In this document: positions 60,196 to 64,000 of the stretch, one piece after another
How positions within the stretch are numbered: the first letter of the stretch is position 1
Layout: each line of letters starts with the position of its first letter
Assembly (NCBI GenBank): GCA_965214865.1
Contig: CBDCCN010000004.1
Span: 3,338,942-3,402,941 of the forward strand
DNA length: 64,000 nucleotides
Reading direction: 5' to 3'
From: Vicinamibacterales bacterium
Lineage (GTDB): Bacteria > Acidobacteriota > Vicinamibacteria > Vicinamibacterales > UBA8438
Program-made: the position numbers and the translations under genes
The notes under the pieces: generated by a model
Database searches by the model: none
What the model saw: the letters and a program-made list of their open reading frames with translations, nothing else
What the model was told of the DNA's origin: nothing

Positions 60196-61287
60196 TCAAT
60201 TTGCCGAGAACGCCGCCGCGCCGCCGTCGAGCCCGTGCAGGGCGCGGACTTCGCCTTCCGTCAGGGACGCTCGAACAGCATCCGACGGCGCTAGAATTTC
60301 TCCCGCCAGCCAGAACATGCAGCCGGGTCCGGAGTCGGCCCCGGTCGGGATCTCGCCGATGACCTCCAGCCTCTCCAGGTCGATGACCGCCACCCGATCG
60401 TCGCCCCGCAGCGCCGCGTAGGCCACCGCGCCGTCCGGCCGCACGAGCAAGGCGTTCGGGGCGAGGTCGAAGCGCTCGATCTCCGTGCGGGCCGCGGCGT
60501 CCATGACGACGACGCTGGTGGCCGAGTCGGAGACGAGCACGCGTGCGCCGTCCGGTGTGAAGGCCAGCCGGTTCGGGTCTTCGAAGTTCAGATCGAGGCG
60601 CTCGCTGACCGACTTCGAGGCGACATCGATGATGGAGACGTCGCCGTCGTTGCGCGTGGCGACCCAGAGCTCCGCGCCGTCCGGCGACAGATCGAGCCCC
60701 TCCGGATACGCGCCGCCGGCGGGAATCGAGGTCACCTGCCAGTCGGGCGGGCCGTCCGCCGCGTCCTCCACGATCGACACGGTGTCCGACTCCCGGTTGG
60801 CCGTGAAGATGGTGTCCCGGTCGCGGCTCAGGACCATCATGTGGGCGCCGTCCTGGCCGAGTCCGAGCAGCCAGTCGACTTCGTTGGCCTGCGGGTCGTA
60901 GCGGCCGATCGCCTTGAAGCCCTCGACGGTGAAGTACAGCTTGCCGCCGGCGAAGCGCACGTCGTGCGGCTCGCTGCCCGCGCCGACGTCCAGGCGCCGC
61001 ACCTCCGTCAGCGTTTCCAGATCGATAACGGAGATCCCCTCGCTGGGACTGGCCACGAACGCCAGCCTGCCGTCCGGTGCGGCGGTCACTTCATGCGGGC
61101 CGCGCACCGTCGGGACCTGTCCCAGCACGGTCCCTGCCGCCGGGTCCACGACGGCCAGGGCGCTGGCGTCTCGCAGCAGGACCAGCAGCCGCGCGTCCGC
61201 GCCCGTCTGCGCCGCGGCGGAGCTGAAGCCCGCGGCCAGCAGGCCGAGCGCCGCGAACCATCGGATTGCCTGGATCTGTGCACGCAC
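60196..61287 (-). CDS. Secreted YncE/YVTN beta-propeller protein
   Basis: Signal peptide; GPHEV..PDG, PHDV, PEGLDLSPDG, PNRLAFTPDG. Confidence 0.85.
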   Translation of the reverse strand: MRAQIQAIRWFAALGLLAAGFSSAAAQTGADARLLVLLRDASALAVVDPAAGTVLGQVPTVRGPHEVTAAPDGRLAFVASPSEGISVIDLETLTEVRRLDVGAGSEPHDVRFAGGKLYFTVEGFKAIGRYDPQANEVDWLLGLGQDGAHMMVLSRDRDTIFTANRESDTVSIVEDAADGPPDWQVTSIPAGGAYPEGLDLSPDGAELWVATRNDGDVSIIDVASKSVSERLDLNFEDPNRLAFTPDGARVLVSDSATSVVVMDAAARTEIERFDLAPNALLVRPDGAVAYAALRGDDRVAVIDLERLEVIGEIPTGADSGPGCMFWLAGEILAPSDAVRASLTEGEVRALHGLDGGAAAFSAN

Positions 61288-61301
61288 GGGTCACTTCCTT
61301 T

Positions 61302-61378
61302 CCTCGACGCCCCCGTCAGGCTTCTCGACGCCCTGTCGAGCTCCTCGATGCCGGTCGGCTCCTCGACGCCCCTGTCAC
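61302..61378. repeat. Four imperfect ~20-bp tandem repeats in a divergent promoter region
   Basis: TCCTCGACGCCCCCGTC, TTCTCGACGCCCTGTC, TCCTCGATGCCGGTC, TCCTCGACGCCCCTGTC. Confidence 0.6.
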
Positions 61379-61578
61379 CATCCTGCCACGCAGGAGGCGC
61401 GGTCGCCGGACTACACGTATCCTACTGCCGTACGGTTGGATACCGACTGCGGCGCCGAGCGGATGGCCGCCGAGCGTGCGGCGCGCGCATCGCTTGCGGA
61501 TCTCGCGAATTGGAATCCCGAAGGCGTCGCAGTACAACAGAGACTGTCCCGCACCGGACGGGGCATGAGGAGAGGACG

Positions 61579-62613
61579 ATGACCAGACTCGCTCCCGCGG
61601 CCGGCCTTGCAATCCTGGGGTGCCTCCTGGTGGGGTGCGGCTCGTCGGAGCAGGCCGAACCGCCGGCGGAGCCGGCCGCCCCGGACACCGGCGCCGGCGC
61701 CATCCTGCGCGTGGACCCCCGCTTCGACGCGCTCGTGCCGGCCGATGCCCGCATCGAGAAGCTCGCCGACGGCTATGTCTTCACGGAGGGCCCCGTCTGG
61801 GACCGCGCCGAATCGCGACTGCTGTTCTCCGACGTGCGCGGGAACGGCGTCTACCAATGGTCCGAGGCGGACGGGGCGAGTCCGTTCATGGAGCCGGTGT
61901 TCGAGGGCGACCGGACCGGCCTGCGGTCGGTCAGCTCCAACGGGCTGACGATGGACGCCGAGGGGCGCCTCGTGATGTGCGAGCACGGCAACCGGCTCAT
62001 ATCGCGGGTGGAGGCGGACGGCACGCGGACGACCCTGGTGGACAGCTACGAGGGCCGCCGGCTGAACAGCCCGAACGACGCCGCCTACTCGTCGGACGGC
62101 CGGCTCTACTTCACCGATCCGGGCTCGGCCCTGGAGGGCCGCGACGAATCGCCGCTCCGCGAGCACGACTTCAACGGCATCTACCGCCTGAGCCCGGACG
62201 GCGATCTGGAGCTGCTGTACCGCGATCAGTCACGCCCGAACGGCATCGCGCTGTCGCCGGACGAGTCGATCCTCTACGTGGCGAACTCGGACCCGGAGCA
62301 GAAGGTCTGGATGGCCTACGACCTGAGCGCGGAAGGGGTGTCCAACCCGCGGGTTTTCTTTGACGTCAACGACCAGACCGCCGAAGGGGCGGCGGACGGC
62401 CTGAAGGTGGACGACGCGGGCAACCTGTTCGCCACCGGGCCGGGCGGGGTGTGGGTGATCGCGTCGGACGGTACGCACCTGGGGACGATCATTCCGGACG
62501 AGGTGCCGGCCAACGTGGCGTGGGGCGACGACGGCAGCACTCTCTACATGACGGCGCGCACGGGACTCTACCGGATCCGGTTGACCACCGCAGGTCCGAT
62601 TCCTGGGCTGTAG
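61579..62613 (+). CDS. SMP-30/gluconolactonase family lipoprotein
   Basis: Lipobox LVGC; FTEGPVW, SNGL, LNSPND, PNGIALSPDE, DGLKVD; GAGGAG RBS. Confidence 0.92.
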   Translation: MTRLAPAAGLAILGCLLVGCGSSEQAEPPAEPAAPDTGAGAILRVDPRFDALVPADARIEKLADGYVFTEGPVWDRAESRLLFSDVRGNGVYQWSEADGASPFMEPVFEGDRTGLRSVSSNGLTMDAEGRLVMCEHGNRLISRVEADGTRTTLVDSYEGRRLNSPNDAAYSSDGRLYFTDPGSALEGRDESPLREHDFNGIYRLSPDGDLELLYRDQSRPNGIALSPDESILYVANSDPEQKVWMAYDLSAEGVSNPRVFFDVNDQTAEGAADGLKVDDAGNLFATGPGGVWVIASDGTHLGTIIPDEVPANVAWGDDGSTLYMTARTGLYRIRLTTAGPIPGL

Positions 62614-62664
62614 GCGGGAGCGGACGTAAGCGGCGCCTGTCGAACGTGTGGTAGTCTGCCGGTC

Positions 62665-63036
62665 ATGCCAAGCCTAGACGCGCAGTGGATCATCGGTACC
62701 ATCATCGCCGTCGCCATTGCTCTTGGCATGCAGATCGGTGGCATCCGCGCCGACGTGCGTGAGCTACGCGCCGACATGCGCGAGGATCTCCGCGACATGC
62801 GCCAGGATCTCCGCGACATGCGGACCGGTCTCCGCGGCATCGACGACCGCCTGCGGGCTGTCGAACAGGCCGTGAAGCCCGATCAACCTGTGGAGCAGGG
62901 CGGCGCGTCACCGTCCGACGCCGCCCTGCTCGTGAAGCATGCACGGCTCGCGCCGGGAGCCGCGAGCGACCCTTACGGCTGGTCGGTCGCCCGCTCCTGG
63001 GCGCGCTCGCCGCCGAGGATGTTGGTCATGCTGTAG
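62665..63036 (+). CDS. Small membrane-anchored coiled-coil protein
   Basis: N-terminal TM helix; heptads with a 21-bp repeat (62783, 62804); TGGTAGTCT 7 nt upstream; 3' end overlaps the convergent gene. Confidence 0.7.
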   Translation: MPSLDAQWIIGTIIAVAIALGMQIGGIRADVRELRADMREDLRDMRQDLRDMRTGLRGIDDRLRAVEQAVKPDQPVEQGGASPSDAALLVKHARLAPGAASDPYGWSVARSWARSPPRMLVML

Positions 63037-63992
63037 TTCCCCTCGTGGCAGGCGTACTCGAAGAGGAACGGCAGCTCGTCGGCCGGGAACGCGGTGAACG
63101 GGAACTCCCCGGAGAAGGCCTGCGTGAAGTGGGTCGGGTCGTCGATGGTGAACTCGTAGCGCAGGCTGTCGGGCCCGCTCCGGGTGAACCGCTCGGTCAC
63201 GGTGAGCGTGTCGTCGGACTGGCCGTTCGCCATGCGGAGCAGGATCGGGTCGCCGCCGACCGCGCCCGCGTTCGCTTCCGTCCGCCGCAGGTTGGTGGTT
63301 TCGACGACCAGCGTGTCGCCCTCCCAGTGCCCGCGCGCGTCGCCGTGCCACTGGCGGACGCCGGCCGGCGCGTGCCCGCGCCCGTCGATCGGGATGATGC
63401 GCGTGTCGTGGATCATCTCGGCGTAGATCACCACGTGGTCGGGCGTCTGCAGGACGATGAAGTTGTTGTTGTAGGCGCTCGGCAGCATCGGCGGGCCGGC
63501 CGACCAGACCAGGCAGCGGTCGTTCAGCTCCAGGTCCTCCCAGGAGTCGAACGGGCCGTCGACCGGATACGCCTCGTCGTGCGCCGCCTTGCGCGCCGCG
63601 GCGTCGGCGGTCCGCTCCGGCAGCCGGCCGTTGGGCGGATCGACGATCAGTGACGTGCGGCTGGTCGGGCGCGTGCCGCCGTCGAGCCAGAAGTTGTTGT
63701 AGCCGCCGACGTTCCCGCCCGCCACGGTGCGCCGCGGCGGCGCCAGCAGCAGATCCTGGTTGCGCTGGACCCGCGCCTGCTCCTGCTCGGCGATCTCTTC
63801 GTCGGTGAGGAACGCCTTGTCGCCCAGCGCTTCGGGGCGCTCGAGCGGCGTGATGGTCTTGTTGGTGTAGGTCCCCTGGAGATCCGGGTCGCCCCAGGGA
63901 GTCCGCGGGGCATCCTGTCCGGCGGCGCCGGCCGGGGCCAGCACGAGGAGCACGAGCACGCCCAACGCGGCGCCGAGATATGGCCGAGTCAT
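62973..63992 (-). CDS. Secreted hypothetical protein of an Acidobacteria-expanded family
   Basis: PRTPWGDPDLQG, TSLIVDPPNGRLP, RC, GDARGHWEGDTLVVETTN, EYACHEGNY. Confidence 0.85.
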   Translation of the reverse strand: MTRPYLGAALGVLVLLVLAPAGAAGQDAPRTPWGDPDLQGTYTNKTITPLERPEALGDKAFLTDEEIAEQEQARVQRNQDLLLAPPRRTVAGGNVGGYNNFWLDGGTRPTSRTSLIVDPPNGRLPERTADAAARKAAHDEAYPVDGPFDSWEDLELNDRCLVWSAGPPMLPSAYNNNFIVLQTPDHVVIYAEMIHDTRIIPIDGRGHAPAGVRQWHGDARGHWEGDTLVVETTNLRRTEANAGAVGGDPILLRMANGQSDDTLTVTERFTRSGPDSLRYEFTIDDPTHFTQAFSGEFPFTAFPADELPFLFEYACHEGNYSMTNILGGERAQERATDQP

Positions 63993-64000
63993 CTGACACC

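Overview
High-GC (~70%) bacterial chromosomal window. The gene content (secreted 'PRTPWGDPDLQG...YACHEGNY' family protein, PQQ-like propellers, Tes-like radical SAM enzyme, MoxR-vWA operon) suggests Acidobacteriota, probably Vicinamibacteria; this is inference. It holds about 55 genes: a MoxR/vWA/TPR-peptidase operon, FHA-GAF-PP2C phosphatase, gltA, yacG, ppx/CHAD, chrA, a fatty-acid modification cluster (UfaD/UfaO/Cfa-like, DUF1295), a SET protein, glycosyltransferases, msrPQ, alkB, a defective IS4 element next to a small island of secreted proteins, and several gene remnants. Highlights not visible in the ORF track: (1) a UGA-recoded selenoprotein (UxxC redoxin fused to a DsbD-N domain, 27419-28498) with a SECIS-like hairpin; (2) an orphan repeat-spacer-repeat structure at 42831-43021 whose 33-nt spacer is an ftsH-like fragment (KKNAPCIVFIDE), resembling ectopic Cas1-Cas2 spacer integration into a promoter; (3) a tetraether-synthase-like radical SAM gene; (4) a Cys/His-rich secreted peptide + LolA-like + CxxC thioredoxin cassette between CTAG-rich direct repeats; (5) recurrent duplications of promoter/gene-start segments. 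No rRNA, tRNA or cas gene was found. All family assignments come from motif recognition by eye, not database searches.
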